Shown: positions 41,351-53,312 of the stretch, in pieces
How positions within the stretch are numbered: position 1 is the stretch's first letter
Layout: the number at the start of each line of letters is the position of its first letter
Origin: Macrostomum lignano
Lineage: Eukaryota
Assembly: GCA_002269645.1 (NCBI GenBank)
Contig: NIVC01003514.1
Coordinates: 30,071 to 94,070 of the forward strand
Length of the DNA: 64,000 nucleotides
Direction of reading: 5' to 3'
Notes under the pieces: generated by a model
Databases searched by the model: none
Told to the model about the DNA's origin: nothing
The model's input: only the letters and a program-made list of their open reading frames with translations
Translations under genes and position numbers: made by a program

Positions 41351-43377
41351 TCAGGCCTCCTCGGAGTCACCTGTCAGAGGAATGACAAAAAAATGGCTTG
41401 CTGGATCCCTGTCCGCTCCAGCAAGATTGGCAAGCAGATTCGCAGGCAAAATCCAGCACTTTCGCTCAGGTGTGCCAGTTAGAACACCAGATGTCATCCT
41501 GTACAAGCCGATTCCCAGACGCAAAGATGGATATGGGTTGGCGTAGATGTTGTCAACTGGGTGTAAAATCCTGCCAGTGACTTGATTAGCTTCACTTACA
41601 GCTTCGATTAGGACGCATACTTTGTCGATTATGCAACAATTATCACCTCGCTTTGTGCTGAATTTCAACGGTGGAATTCGCTGCTCATTCAACAGAAGAT
41701 CGCGAACTCTGAGCACCTGCTTAACTGAATGCGCTGCCATGTGCCTTGTCACCTTTACGCGGCGCTTTACAGATCCAAGAAAGTTTTCGAAAGGGAAAGT
41801 CGAAAAGTTGTTTAAACTGCCTAGCTTTCGGACAAACTCATCCAAATGAAGAATAGTGTGAAGATTGAAACTTATAAACTTCTGGCCGTAAAGGTGGGCA
41901 GCCCGTTCAACAAAAACTTCAATGCAAGTTTTTGCCTGCGTCCACCACTTGGAGTACCTTTCGTTGGAGTATGCGTAAATGGCGAAATGGAGGTAAAGAA
42001 AGTGGTTATACCTTTCTTCATTTAAAATGCCTTTGAAGAGGACAGGTCCTAGGTACAGCAAGTACTGTCTGAATTCAGTAGCCTTCATGTGCTTCAGTTC
42101 CAAGTCGATTTTCCGGGGTCTTCGTTGAAAGTTTGAAGGTGTCCAACCGGCAGCCATAGTAATTCGGTCGCCCAATAGGCTCATCGGACCGGGATAGACG
42201 AGACACTTCTTGCCATTAGATTTGTCGAAAAATAGGTAAAATAGCTTCCTTGTGACTCCAAGGCATACGGCATGCTGGTAGTCAGGGGAAAAGCATCGAC
42301 AAAACTAATGTTAGGCAAATTTAGAAGGGGCGATAGAGCGATTTTTTTATTTTCCTGGTTAGACTCCTTTCCCTCTCGGTATTGTTGGCTGCTACGAGAC
42401 TCCCCGACGCTCGTTGAAAATGTTACTCTGTTGTCGGTATAAGGTCCAGTAGCCCTGCAGTACATGCAACCGACGTACGACATGTGCCCTTGAGTTACTG
42501 AGACCCAGGCTCGAGCAGGCGCATCGCAAACAAATCGGATAGTCGAGAAGCTGATGCTTAAATTTTCGATAATTTTTATTGGACCCGTAAGAAAACGTTT
42601 AGCCTCGTCGCAAAATTGTCGAAGATAATCATTCAGAGGTGGCTTGCCACAACCAGCCCATACGGCTACTGGAAAAGGTCTGCTGAATATGCTGGGAATA
42701 GACATAAGTATGGGCCAAAGACCGAAGTGGCTTGCTCGGTACAAAGGCAAGCCGTCAAAATTAACGATGGCTTCAATTTTGTAAACCTTCTCAGTTTCAC
42801 TATCGTGTTGTAGATATTCTGGCTTCATGTGCAGCTGGTTTTTGCGAAACATTAGTTCTAGATTTTTCAGAATCGAAATGTAGCGAAAATGGCCTTTTCC
42901 CATGGGCTCCAATTTTTCCGTTGGATCGCCAGCATTGATGACGGCCTCAATAGAGTTGACAGACTTCGGCGCAGGCAAGCCTATGTCTCTTAGACCATCA
43001 ACAAGGAATTTTTTAGATCCACGACTTAGGTTGAAACAAGAAAAGTAGACTACCAGCAAGGCGAATATTTTATCTTCTAAAGAGCGGTCATCCTCTTTCT
43101 TGTCAATCTCCTCATCTTCATCGCTGCAAACTCGCGCGAACTCGTCAAAATCAGGATAGCTGCCATTGTCGTTGTCAAGATCTGGATCCGTACCTTCATT
43201 GACTTCTGCTACAGAGGACTCCGAAGCGATGAAACCGGCGACTCTCCCAGAATCATCTGCTTCGAATACTTTTCTTTTTTTCTCTTGCAGTGCGATGTCT
43301 TCCAAAGCTTCTTGTTCTCCTTCCATGAACAAGCCCAGCAAATCCTTATTTGCTTGTCGCCTCAATTGCCTTGTCAT
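41351..43377 (-). CDS. CACTA/EnSpm-type (CMC) DDE transposase with one frameshift at 42285-42288
   Basis: NFDGLPL (D), CDAPARA (D), CMYC, (K)ATEFRQYLLYLGP, LHTILH and FPFENFLG (E). Restoring one base gives the expected DYQHAVCLGVTRKL motif linking ORFs 42181..43377 and 41351..42184. Confidence 0.85.
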
Positions 43378-43741
43378 TGTTTTCGTCCGAATCAGACTTT
43401 GATGATAGTTGACTGTTGTAATAATAATAAAGTAATTACTACGATTGCTTATTTCGTATTAAAGAAAGGATATGAACAAAAGCTGGGAAGAATTGAAAAC
43501 TATTCCTTTGGGGGTTTGTGCGCGCTGATTGGACAGGTATGGATGCGGGGACGGTAGGGCCAATGAAATTGGAAAAGCCAGGGCGGCCTTTTTCATTCGA
43601 AGAACTATAGAAGACAATTGCTTCTAGAAGCAACCTAAACCACTGAATCATTAAATAAGCATAAACTATAGTGTGAGCTCCAAACTCTTGCTTTATTTGG
43701 TACTCAGTTTTGCACTAGCATAGTCTAGTCTGCATGCTACA

Positions 43742-46700
43742 ATGAAGTTTTTAGTGATCTTTAAAGACGACCGTCAAATTGTTGAGGTCTCGGAAAGCGA
43801 AGTGAAGCTTCCTGAAGGCTTTCAAAACCTTAAGGAAGAGGAATGGTTAGAAAAGAGGGACTCCACTGAGAAGTGGAAGTGTGAAGCCTTGTATGAAGGC
43901 TGTTTTTACTCTGCTCTAATTATTCAGGTAAGCAACCGATCCCAACGATTGAAATGTTAAAATTCTTGAATCGATCTAATATTTGTACGCTCATATTTTC
44001 TCATTAATTTAAAGGTAATACTAAGCAACAACCTAGAGCCTGGGAGCTTCCGCTTTGTGCGTGAATTGGTGGCCAAAAAGACCCGACTGAACCGAATTCT
44101 CGAGTTGGTTCAACCCAGAGTCTTTCAGGAGCGTGACATGAAGAAAGCACGAAGGCATTACCAGACTAAGGTAAAATTAAGCACAGCCCATATAATTTTT
44201 ATCGAGAACTTTGTTTTCTCCGTTTTACCTTTTAAACTATTTTTTAAGAAAAGGGAAGAAATTAAATGTGAAAATAATCTTTAAAACTGACATTAACTTG
44301 ATAATTTCTCATGCCGTAACCATCCCAAACAGAATCTGTCAGACGGCTCAGCCACCGATTCCGAGGCAATCTTCGAAGATAAGAGCAGCCGCTGTTTGCA
44401 ACCTCCAGCTTTGCTGCCTAAACAACATCCGCCTACGATTGCACAGTTAGCGCCAATGCCTCCTATTAGTGATGATGAAGCAGAAGCTGGCGTAGACGCC
44501 GATATGGAAGCTGAGGCGGAAGCTGAGGCGGAAGCTGAAGTGGAAGCTGAGGCGGAAGCTGAAGTGGAAGCTGAGGCGGAAGCTGAAGCGGAAGATGAGG
44601 TGGAAGCTGAGATCGGAGCTGAGGTGGAAGCTGAGATGGGAGCTGAGGCGGAAGCTGAGGCGGAAGCTGAGGTGGAAGCTGAGATGGGAGCTGAGGTGGA
44701 AGCTGAGGCGGAAGCTGAAATAGAAGCTGAGTTCGTAGCAGATGATCGATCGACGATTCCTAAGTCGCCTCCCACCATTTCATCTTTTAATTTTGGTTCT
44801 GGCTTTCTTAGAAAACTAGAAGAGCAGATCCAAGCCGGTGTTAGCTTTGAGCTGGAAAGTCCAAGAGGCATCAAGTTTCTGTCCTTATATGCCCTACGCG
44901 AACTTACTATGCGCAAGAATGAATTGAAAGCATTAGAAAATAGTTTGACCAAACAAATCACCGCAATGCGCACTGAAGTGCAGAGCGTGCTACGCTTTTT
45001 GGAACCTGTTGGCGCTGACATTCCAACTGATAATTCTGAGCCTTCATTCTGGCCGATCAACTCCTGGGAAAAATATGTGCAATTCGCTTCCAGTCCAAAT
45101 GAACATATTTCTACTTTGGTAAGTTCATGACAGAGTTTTTTATTTTCTTTTCATTAGAAGAAATGCTCTAACTACTACTCAAAGCGCACTAGTACTATCA
45201 CTGAAATAATAATCTATAAGTATTCTCACCTGTAAAAATCTAAACAGAAGAGCCTGCTACGTTCATGCAAGCGAGACAAGTGGTCCGATGCTTTAATGGC
45301 AATGCTTAACGAGAGCTTGTCGAAAGAGATGCAGGCGGTTATTAATTTAATCGGGTCAGACATGCGAAGCCGAGCTGTTGCTGCTGGAGTTGCGACCAAC
45401 CTTACTGATGCGCAGCTTGGATTTCAGAGCACTCTGCTCAGCCATTTCCAAAGTAAGTCTACTTAATCAACGTTCAATGAGACTTTTAGAGCTAAATATC
45501 AAGAAATTAGTCGAGCACAGTGCATGCTATTCATAGTAACTTTCAACTTTTTTCCTAACAGAAGCAATCACATTCATCTATGGCGCGACCGCTGAAGCCG
45601 GCAGGCCCTCTGAACAATCTGTAAGAAATACTTGCAGACAGCAGCTAAAGCATGGCGGTGACCGATTAAAGGGGCGGTCGCATCGCACAGGAAGCCAGCT
45701 GCTTTCCGGAGTCCAGACTCAAAGCCCCGCTTCTGACAGCGCCGTACAAAGACAGTCTCTGGTGGCAGCGACTCCAAGCCCCGCTTCTGGCAGCGCCGTA
45801 CAAAGACAGTCTCTGGTGGCAGCGACTCAAAGTCCCGCTTCTGGCAGCGCCGTACAAAGACAGTCTCTGGTGGCAGCGACTCCAAGCCCCGCTTCTGGCA
45901 GCGCCGTACAAAGACAGTCTCTGGTGGCAGCGACTCAAAGTCCCGCTTCTGGCAGCGCCGTACAAAGACAGTCTCTGGTGGCAGCGACTCCAAGCCCCGC
46001 TTCTGGCAGCGCCGTACAAAGACAGTCTCTGGTGGCAGCGACTCCAAGCCCCGCTTCTGGCAGCGCCGTACAAAGACAGTCTCTGGTGGCAGCGACTCAA
46101 AGTCCCGCTTCTGGCAGCGCCGTACAAAGACAGTCTCTGGTGGCAGCGACTCCAAGCCCCGCTTCTGGCAGCGCCGTACAAAGACAGTCTCTGGTGGCAG
46201 CGACTCCAAGCCCCGCTTCTGGCAGCGCCGTACAAAGACAGTCTCTGGTGGCAGCGACTCCAAGCCCCGCTTCTGGCAGCGCCGTGCAAAGACGGTCTTT
46301 GGTGGCAGCGACTCAAAGTCCCGCTTCTGGCAGCGCTGTGCAAAGACGATCTCTGGTGGCAGCGACTCAAAGTCCCGCTTCTGGCAGCGCCGTGCAAAGA
46401 CGGTCTTTGGTGGCAGCGACTCAAAGTCCCGCTTCTGGCAGCGCCGTGCAAAGACACAGCCATTCATCTTCTTTTTCCCTAGTGAGTAAAAACGTATCTA
46501 AACTGAATAATGAACGATGAATACTATGATTGCTAAGCATTAAATACTACTATCAGTAAGATAAAATGTGCATGCAGTAATTTTTTGTTTTCTTTCCAAT
46601 GTCACAGACACCATCGCGACTATCAGCGGGAGAAGTGCCGCCAGCGGCGACAGCAAAGCCGAGCTCCCAATCCAGAAAGCGAGCGAGTATTCAGTTGGAT

Positions 46701-46865
46701 TCTCAGCCTCGAAAGCGGAACAACCATCGCCCCCGTTCAGCAAAGTCAAAAACCAACTACCGCACTGACTGCTCTCTCGAATCTGATGACGAAACCGAAT
46801 CAAGTGGATCAAACTGGTCCGAAGATCAGCGAGAGCTGGATGATGGACAATTTAAAATCTTCTAA
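43742..46865 (+). CDS. Probable transposon accessory protein (DUF4806/BEN-like region with acidic and Ser/Pro repeats). Exons 43742-43927, 44015-44170, 44333-45118, 45248-45452, 45562-46481, 46608-46865
   Basis: All five introns have GT..AG ends and consistent phases (0, 0, 0, 1, 0), giving one uninterrupted frame. The segment WPINSWEKY...KSLL...[10 protein letters not shown]...[14 protein letters not shown] resembles DUF4806-type proteins from memory. It lies head-to-head with the transposase. Confidence 0.65.
44485..44730 (+). repeat. Coding (GCGGAAGCTGAG)n-type repeat encoding a poly-(Ala-Glu) tract
   Basis: Directly visible in exon 3 of the accessory gene. Confidence 0.9.
45715..46455 (+). 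repeat. 54-bp tandem repeat ([18 protein letters not shown]), about 13 copies, in frame within exon 5 of the accessory gene
   Basis: Directly visible. The phase matches the spliced frame. Confidence 0.9.
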
Positions 46866-47454
46866 TTATGAGAGCACGTATTTTACGAGTAAATGCTGTC
46901 AAAATGATTTTAAAACTGACATTCTTTCAACACCTTTGTTGCCAAAAACTTAACTATTTTTCGTTCTAATATTGTGTTTTAATATCAGTTCCATTTAACT
47001 TCGCTAAATAAATTCAAATTTCATTACATTTAAGTTTCTTATTCGATTTCATTCATAGACTCAAACTAATTTTCTAAAGAACTGCAAAAAAATTTACAAA
47101 AGGCAAACTTCGTAAGCAGGTAGCAGCAAGGTTGTTTAAATTTATAATGGAAGAGACAATTGCTTAAAAAAATCAGATAGCTCTGAAAATTATTTGGAAA
47201 TAAATTCAATTTTGAAACAACCAGAAAGCTAGGCTGCTGCCAGAGCAAAATATATCAATAAAAGCCCTGCATACTACTGTTAGTAGAGTAAACCAATTCT
47301 TGCCTTAATTTATTGGGCAGTCCACCGGGCGCCGGGTATAAGGCCGGCGCCCCGACTGGACAAAGAGTGCGCCCCGCTACCGGCCACAGGCCACCGGGCG
47401 CCGCGGTCTGCGCACCCTTGGGCGTACCAGAATTTCCCACTGGGAACCGACAGA

Positions 47455-47660
47455 TCAGCCGCAGCTAATGCGCGGCGCATTAAAGGCTGCGTACGGCTGT
47501 TCAGTCAAAGGACTGGGGTCGCCACACATACCCTCAGCTGGGTGAACTGAAGATGCAATGCAGAGTTAAATGGGTCTTGCTCGATGACACAAATTCTTCC
47601 TGTGGGATTAGGAATCGAACCCCTGACCTTTCAATCGTGAGTCCGACACTCTAACCGCAA
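47455..47660 (-). mobile_element. tRNA-derived SINE, copy 3 (internally deleted)
   Basis: Shares TAAAGGCTGCGTACGGCTGTTCAGTC and CAGCTGGGTGAACTGAAG with copy 1. B box present as GAATCGAACC on the + strand. Confidence 0.75.
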
Positions 47661-47696
47661 GAAGCATCAATACTTTTGACATGTTGTTTTTCAGGC

Positions 47697-49072
47697 TCAA
47701 AAAATGTAACAATGTGAGCCTAAATAGGGGGTAACAACTTGACTCTTACCAAACTTGAAGCTCTTCTCTGGCAGGCTTCCACTCGCAGCTGGAACGCTTG
47801 AGTACCTGAGATAGATGAAGAACCTGTCCGCATATGCCGCGCCTCGGTTCTGATATTTTCCCGGGTACTTGTTGTACACCAGGGTCGGAACGCGACCATT
47901 CCAGCCGCCGTTGCCCCACGGACAAGGGTCTTTGACGTCTGAAACCGTCCAGAATCCTTCGTCGGCCGCGCAGCCGCCGTATTTGTTGTTAATGAAGAAA
48001 CGTCGCTTGTATTTTCCGTTTCCTGCTATGCTAAAAAAGTTGAAATTCGAGCGGCCAACCCAAAAAGGATAGCTGGACTTGACATTTCTCCTGTTGAACC
48101 AGCTGGTCTTGTCAATACTGTCTCGGTTTTTTGAGACATCGAAAACAACCTGAGCCACGCGATCGTCCCCCACTCTCATTTCGGCCACCATTTCCCAGTT
48201 TCCGGATCTTGTAGCCAGCGCAGAGGGCAAATCGTCCAGCAGCTGCGATCTGTACACCTCGGGCAGCGTCCCGTCAGTGGGAATTGAGTATCTGTGCTCG
48301 TCATTGTAGCTCTCGTATGCGCTGGCGCCGCATCCAGCCTTGATGGTGAACAGCAGCAGCTTGTCACCTTCTGAAATTTGTTCATTTGGATCACCAATTA
48401 CAACAAGGAATTTATACTCGTAGTTAAGTTTTAAGCTTAAACCATTTCGATAAATCACTCACCAAACCAGAGCTCGTCAGAATAAGGTCTCGAGCTGGTC
48501 TTCACCACAGGCACCCAAGACTTGGTGAGGCGCAGGCTTCGGCCGTTGCTAACGCCGAAGAAGGTGAACTCCATAGCCGACCGGATGAAGTCACTGCTGG
48601 TGGTGCGAAAGTGCAGGGCGTTGAAAATTCTCTGGCACACGCTGCGACGTCGACAGCGAAAGAGAACAGATTGCTGGTTTCGCTTTCTCAGGTTGGTCAC
48701 AGTCAGATCGCTGCAGTTTTTTCTACACCCGCCAACAAGGCTTTGTCGAAGCTTCACGGACACAGACATGATTGTCATTTTGCCCAGTGGCTTGTCTCTT
48801 AGCGTGGCATTGGGCTTGTAATCAACGATCAGAGGCACAGAGAAGTAGTAGCCGTTGCCAACTGGAGTCTTTCTCACCTTGGCTTTCTCGCTCGCCTGCA
48901 GCGCGATGTACGGCTCTAGAACCTCGAGACCATCGATGCTGAAGCTTCTTAGCTTGACTCCTTTGTAATTTAGGCGGCCAGTCTCCACTACCCCGCTGTC
49001 CTGAAAGTTAACCGACATGAAAGCGCTGCAGGCGCTAGTCGTGGCCAGGAGAAGCAGGATTAGAAATTTCAT
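47697..49072 (-). CDS. Uncharacterised secreted protein (approx. 427 aa). Exons 49072-48463 and 48370-47697
   Basis: Signal peptide MKFLILLLLATTSACSA. Phase-1 donor TTTG|GTGAGT at 48463/48462 and acceptor ATTTCAG| at 48371/48370. The C-terminal domain carries an RRFFINNKYGGCAADEGFW motif. Confidence 0.8.
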
Positions 49073-50418
49073 ATTGACGCAAGTTTGTGAGTCCAGTGGA
49101 AAAAACTTTTCCCAACGAAAGCGGGAAAACTTACTGAAAATTTTGTTGTCTAAATAGTGAGGATCTTATTCTATTTTGCTGAATCCTCTGACTACGTGGA
49201 AGCCGAATCAACAGCTGCAAAATGGAGCTGACAAGAGAAGCCAGTGGGGCTATGCAAATCGATATTTTCGTTAAAAAAACTTCTGGAATTATTTGACTTG
49301 ACTTTTATGAAGTATGCTTCACGGCCTCACTTCTTCGGTCAAGACTTTCCCGGTCCTTGAAAGCAACTTATCTAATGCATTAGCCTCAGAAACTACGGTA
49401 GCTATGCTCCCAATATCCGTTTCAACGTAAGCTCTCTTAAGTTGTGTTCACCTGACTTGATAGCTTGGATATTACTGCAATGCATGAAGCTACACTTTGA
49501 CAACTTCGAAGGAAATTTTCGTATATCAATTGCTACAATATCACTTTTTCTTAATTTTTTCAGGCCTGGAGTGGCTGAAATTGTGCTATGATGCATGTAC
49601 AGGTAAAATGAAAGCGTATAAGATCAAGTTGTCTAATCGTCGACAATAAAAATGGTAACAAAAACACTAAAAAACAAGCATATAACGACTTTCAAGACGG
49701 TAGCGATAGCTAATGTTGATAAACTTGATCGAATTCAGCAGATTTTATTTATTTCCTCCATTTTCCGGGATAAAATTTCAACAGTATTCAGTAAAATAGC
49801 AAGGGAAAATGCTACCATCAGCTGTCAGTATTTTATGTGAGATAGGAACTATCTTCTTCTGTTTTCTTCAGGAACTATCTGTTTCAAAAAGCAACAATGA
49901 GTACAAGCAGACAGCCGCAGGCAAAAACGTCTGCAAAGTTCACACGGCATTTGGTCTAGATCATTGTCAAGGTTTCATTACAAAGCCTAAACTTCGGCAA
50001 CGCAGCCAGCTAAACGGGATTGCCAACAAATTCTCTTGCAATCTCTTTTCTTGTATAGCCACTATGCTAGAAATGTTTTGTCTCTATCTAGGCATCTATC
50101 TATCTAATGTGCAGATTGATTTCAGAAAAACGGCTCAACCGATTTTCATGAAACTTGCACCGTACATCCGTAAAGAATCTACATTTAAACTACTTTAGGG
50201 CCCTTTAACTTGTTTTCAAGTTATGAGCACCATGTCTTCAAGTTATGAAGACATGGTGCTATACTTTTGGCTCCAGCCTGTCTGGGTCAAAGAGGTCTTT
50301 CCAGCTTTCTCCCCACTCGCTCTGTTGCTTTCTCCTTTGATTTATGGGCGTTTTGCAGTCACTTTTGGCGCCAGGATGTCTAGACAAGTGGCTTTTATTA
50401 TGTTTTGCTTATGATTTA

Positions 50419-51054
50419 TGACCGCACCTGTCAACTTCCCTGGGGTCTGAAGGCCACCTGGTGGGGTGGGTTTTGGGGTCTTGAGCTCAGCCAATCAGAG
50501 TCGACCTGACTGCCCCCGGCTCGACCAATCAGAAAATTCAGCGCCTATTTTAACAAAGCTCTCAGCCAATCGGAAAATTCGGCGTGCGTTATAACAAATC
50601 GGCCGCGTGAGAGCTATAAAAGGCGGCAACTCGACCCGCGCTCGAAAAGGGCTTCTCCTCCGGGACCTGCCCTGCCCTGCTGCTTCCTCTTCTGGTCCTG
50701 CCGACCTGATCCCCCTTCCCCCGGCAGTTTCGGCCTCGACAGCTAAGTTCCCCCCCTGAGAAGCATCATCAATATCTCCCGGCAGTGATCTAAGAGCAGC
50801 AACGACAACCGGCAAGTGAAGAGTACCGGCGGCACTCGTCAGTTAAGATCAGCAGCAGCATCCCATCCGAGCGCTGCGGTCTCTGTGGATCCCTTGGCTA
50901 CCGGCAGTTAGGTCCTCTGATTGGTTTGGTGAGAGGCTTTCTTGACCTGCTTAACTGGGTGCACCCTTTGTCTGACCCCTTCCTAGGTAGTCTGATGGGA
51001 TTTGCACTTTTGCTTACTTGCTTTTTGCGTGCCCAACTCGAGGCAGAAGTGTCA
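50419..51054 (+). mobile_element. Probable solo LTR (636 bp)
   Basis: TGAC...GTCA termini flanked by 4-bp direct repeat TTTA (50415-50418 / 51055-51058). It is a GC-rich island with three CCAAT boxes followed by TATAAAA near 50614. Confidence 0.55.
50488..50625 (+). promoter_or_regulatory. CCAAT x3 plus TATA promoter module inside the putative LTR
   Basis: AGCCAATCAG (approx. 50490), GACCAATCAG (approx. 50523), AGCCAATCGG (approx. 50565) and GCTATAAAAGG (approx. 50612). Confidence 0.5.
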
Positions 51055-52849
51055 TTTAATACTAAAAGTAGCCATTAGCTCTGACTCTATCTAAGGCGTT
51101 TAGGATTGCGGAATAAGTGAGAAAGTTAAATCTGGAAGTTAAAGACTTAGCGTTTTATTTCTTTTTCGCAATGCCAGCTGAGATGAGCGACTAGATCTAG
51201 AGGCAAAGGTCACAGCAGACCGGAAGCAGCACAGTTCCCAGTCAATCAGTCGATCTAAGCAATCATGATAAACATGCAAATTAAGAGCCAGACTGGTGCT
51301 TTGGCGTGGTCACAGGCAGTCAAGCGGCTAAAGTAAGTTAAATATTAGTCTAACGATCTTCGAAAGTGACAATGCATCTGCATCATCGCTATCTGTCGAC
51401 GTGTTAACACATTTAGTGCCAAAAGCGTGCTGTTACGTGTACTTGTACATGTACTGCTGGGAATTCGGTAATGAAATAGTACTTTTAGTAGTGTATGAAG
51501 GCTCGCCAGCGCAAGAACCCCCTGCAGAAGTCCTCTCTGTCCTTGCATGGCCAATGCGATCTTAGTCCTAGCAGTGTCCCTTCTATTCGGCTATGACTTC
51601 GAGATAGACAGCTATAAGACACTAGATGGCAGGTAAGTGCAGTGCCCCTCGTCTAGTCGGAAGTCCGATTTCGATAGTTCCGGTTTGGTGAGCCGGGGCG
51701 CACGATTGGTGGCAGCGGGTTGGTTAATCTGTGGATTAGCTAATCTCTACCTTTCAAATTCTCCCTGCAATTGTCTCTCGCTGTCTTCTCTTAGCTATAG
51801 GACCTTGCTGCTCGCCCACAACCTAGCTACCACGGGGCTGACCATCTGATAGGAGTGAGAGGCCAGAGCTTTAAGTGATTCATTTCTGAGTTCTGAGGCC
51901 CGAAGCTACAGGCTTAAAAAGGCCGAACCCATCAAAAGTACTTACACTTATACTGCAAAAGTATAGCTGCTGTAAAACTACAGCACAATACTGCTGTAGT
52001 AGCTGGCGACGAGAATGGCTCTCACAAACGAAAAGTCGCTTAAAGTATTCTACACTGATTATTGTGACACTTGGACAAAAATTATCTCCATACATACTTC
52101 TGAAGAGTCAGAATCAGCATTTGAAAATCGGCCTCCAAAATTTTTTCTGCTGATCGCGAGTGTATCGTCCTGGATGTACTGCAAATCTTTGTTTTGTAAA
52201 GTTATTGCTTATTCACTCAAATTTTGGATGTGATAATAGCAAAAAACATGATGTAGCATCTTTTGAGGAATAACAGCATGTTTAACTCAAGACCAACACG
52301 TTTTTTGTTTTTTTTTCATAAAGACATGTTTAAGTACTTTTTAATTGGTGGTTCTATAAAATTAGAAAGGACCGGTAACGGAAGTACCGGCGGAAGTTAC
52401 TTTTTTAAAAAGTACCGGTACCGGAACAAGTGCCGGAAGTTACTTTAACCGGAAGTTACTTTTTCAGAGTAACTAATTGGCCAACACTGCCTGTTAGATT
52501 AGGCTGGATAAAACCTGCATTTAAAAAAATCGAAATAAATGTATTTGAAACACAAGCTGCTTTTTAATAACTGATTAGTATTTAAAAAATGACACAGCTG
52601 CAAAAATTCTGAGCTGGTACTTTCCTTGCTGCAAATTTTCTCCGCTGGCAATTTTCTGGCTGGCAAAGTTCGTAGAAACTAGGATGGGCCGTTAGGGTTG
52701 AATTGGATCACTAAATCAACACATAAGGCAAACAATTCAGACAAAGAAGTTTGCTTCCATTTTTCATGTACACACTGGCTCAATTTGTAATGAACGTAAG
52801 AATTCAAAATGTATTTGTAGGCTTTATGCTTATAACTTCGTCCTCTCTA

Positions 52850-53312
52850 GGGGGGGGGGGGGGTTTCACAAACTCGAAATTTCACAACGTCGAAAGCATG
52901 CACCTTCTTTCACAAGATGGAAATCGAAAACTCAAATAGCAACCACTTTCACAAGGTCGAAACTTCACAATGTCGAAATTTCATAACATCGAAAACTCAA
53001 ATAACTGCAGCCACTTTCACAAGGTCGAAACTTCACAAGGTCGAAATTTCACAACGTAGAAAACTACTGCATGGTTCTTGTTATATTAAGTTTTCGACGT
53101 TGTGAAATTCCGAGCTTATGAAGTTTCGAAATTGTGAAAGTGGCTGCTATTTGAGTTTTCGATGTTATGAAATTTCGACCTTGTGAAATTTCGACTTTAT
53201 GAAGTCTCTTGCTTAAGTTTTCGATGTTGTGAAATTTCAACCTTGTGAAGTTTGGACCTTGTGAAATAATTTACTTTTCGACGTTGTGAAATTTCGACCT
53301 TGTGAAAGCATC
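52850..53312. mobile_element. Foldback/Mutator-like MITE built from inverted arrays of TTTCACAAGGTCGAAA
   Basis: The left half has tandem TTTCACAA(C/G)GTCGAAA units and the right half their reverse complement. 8-bp direct repeat CCTCTCTA at 52842-52849 and 53313-53320. Confidence 0.6.

Larger units (their letters stand above)
41300..46900. mobile_element. CACTA/EnSpm-like transposon region (transposase plus accessory gene); termini not identified
   Basis: Two divergent genes separated by 364 bp. No convincing TIR or TSD found by eye. Confidence 0.6.

Noticed and set aside
40600-47300. TIRs and TSD for the CACTA-like element
   Set aside because: I could not find a reciprocal CAC...GTG pair by eye, so the boundaries are left undefined.
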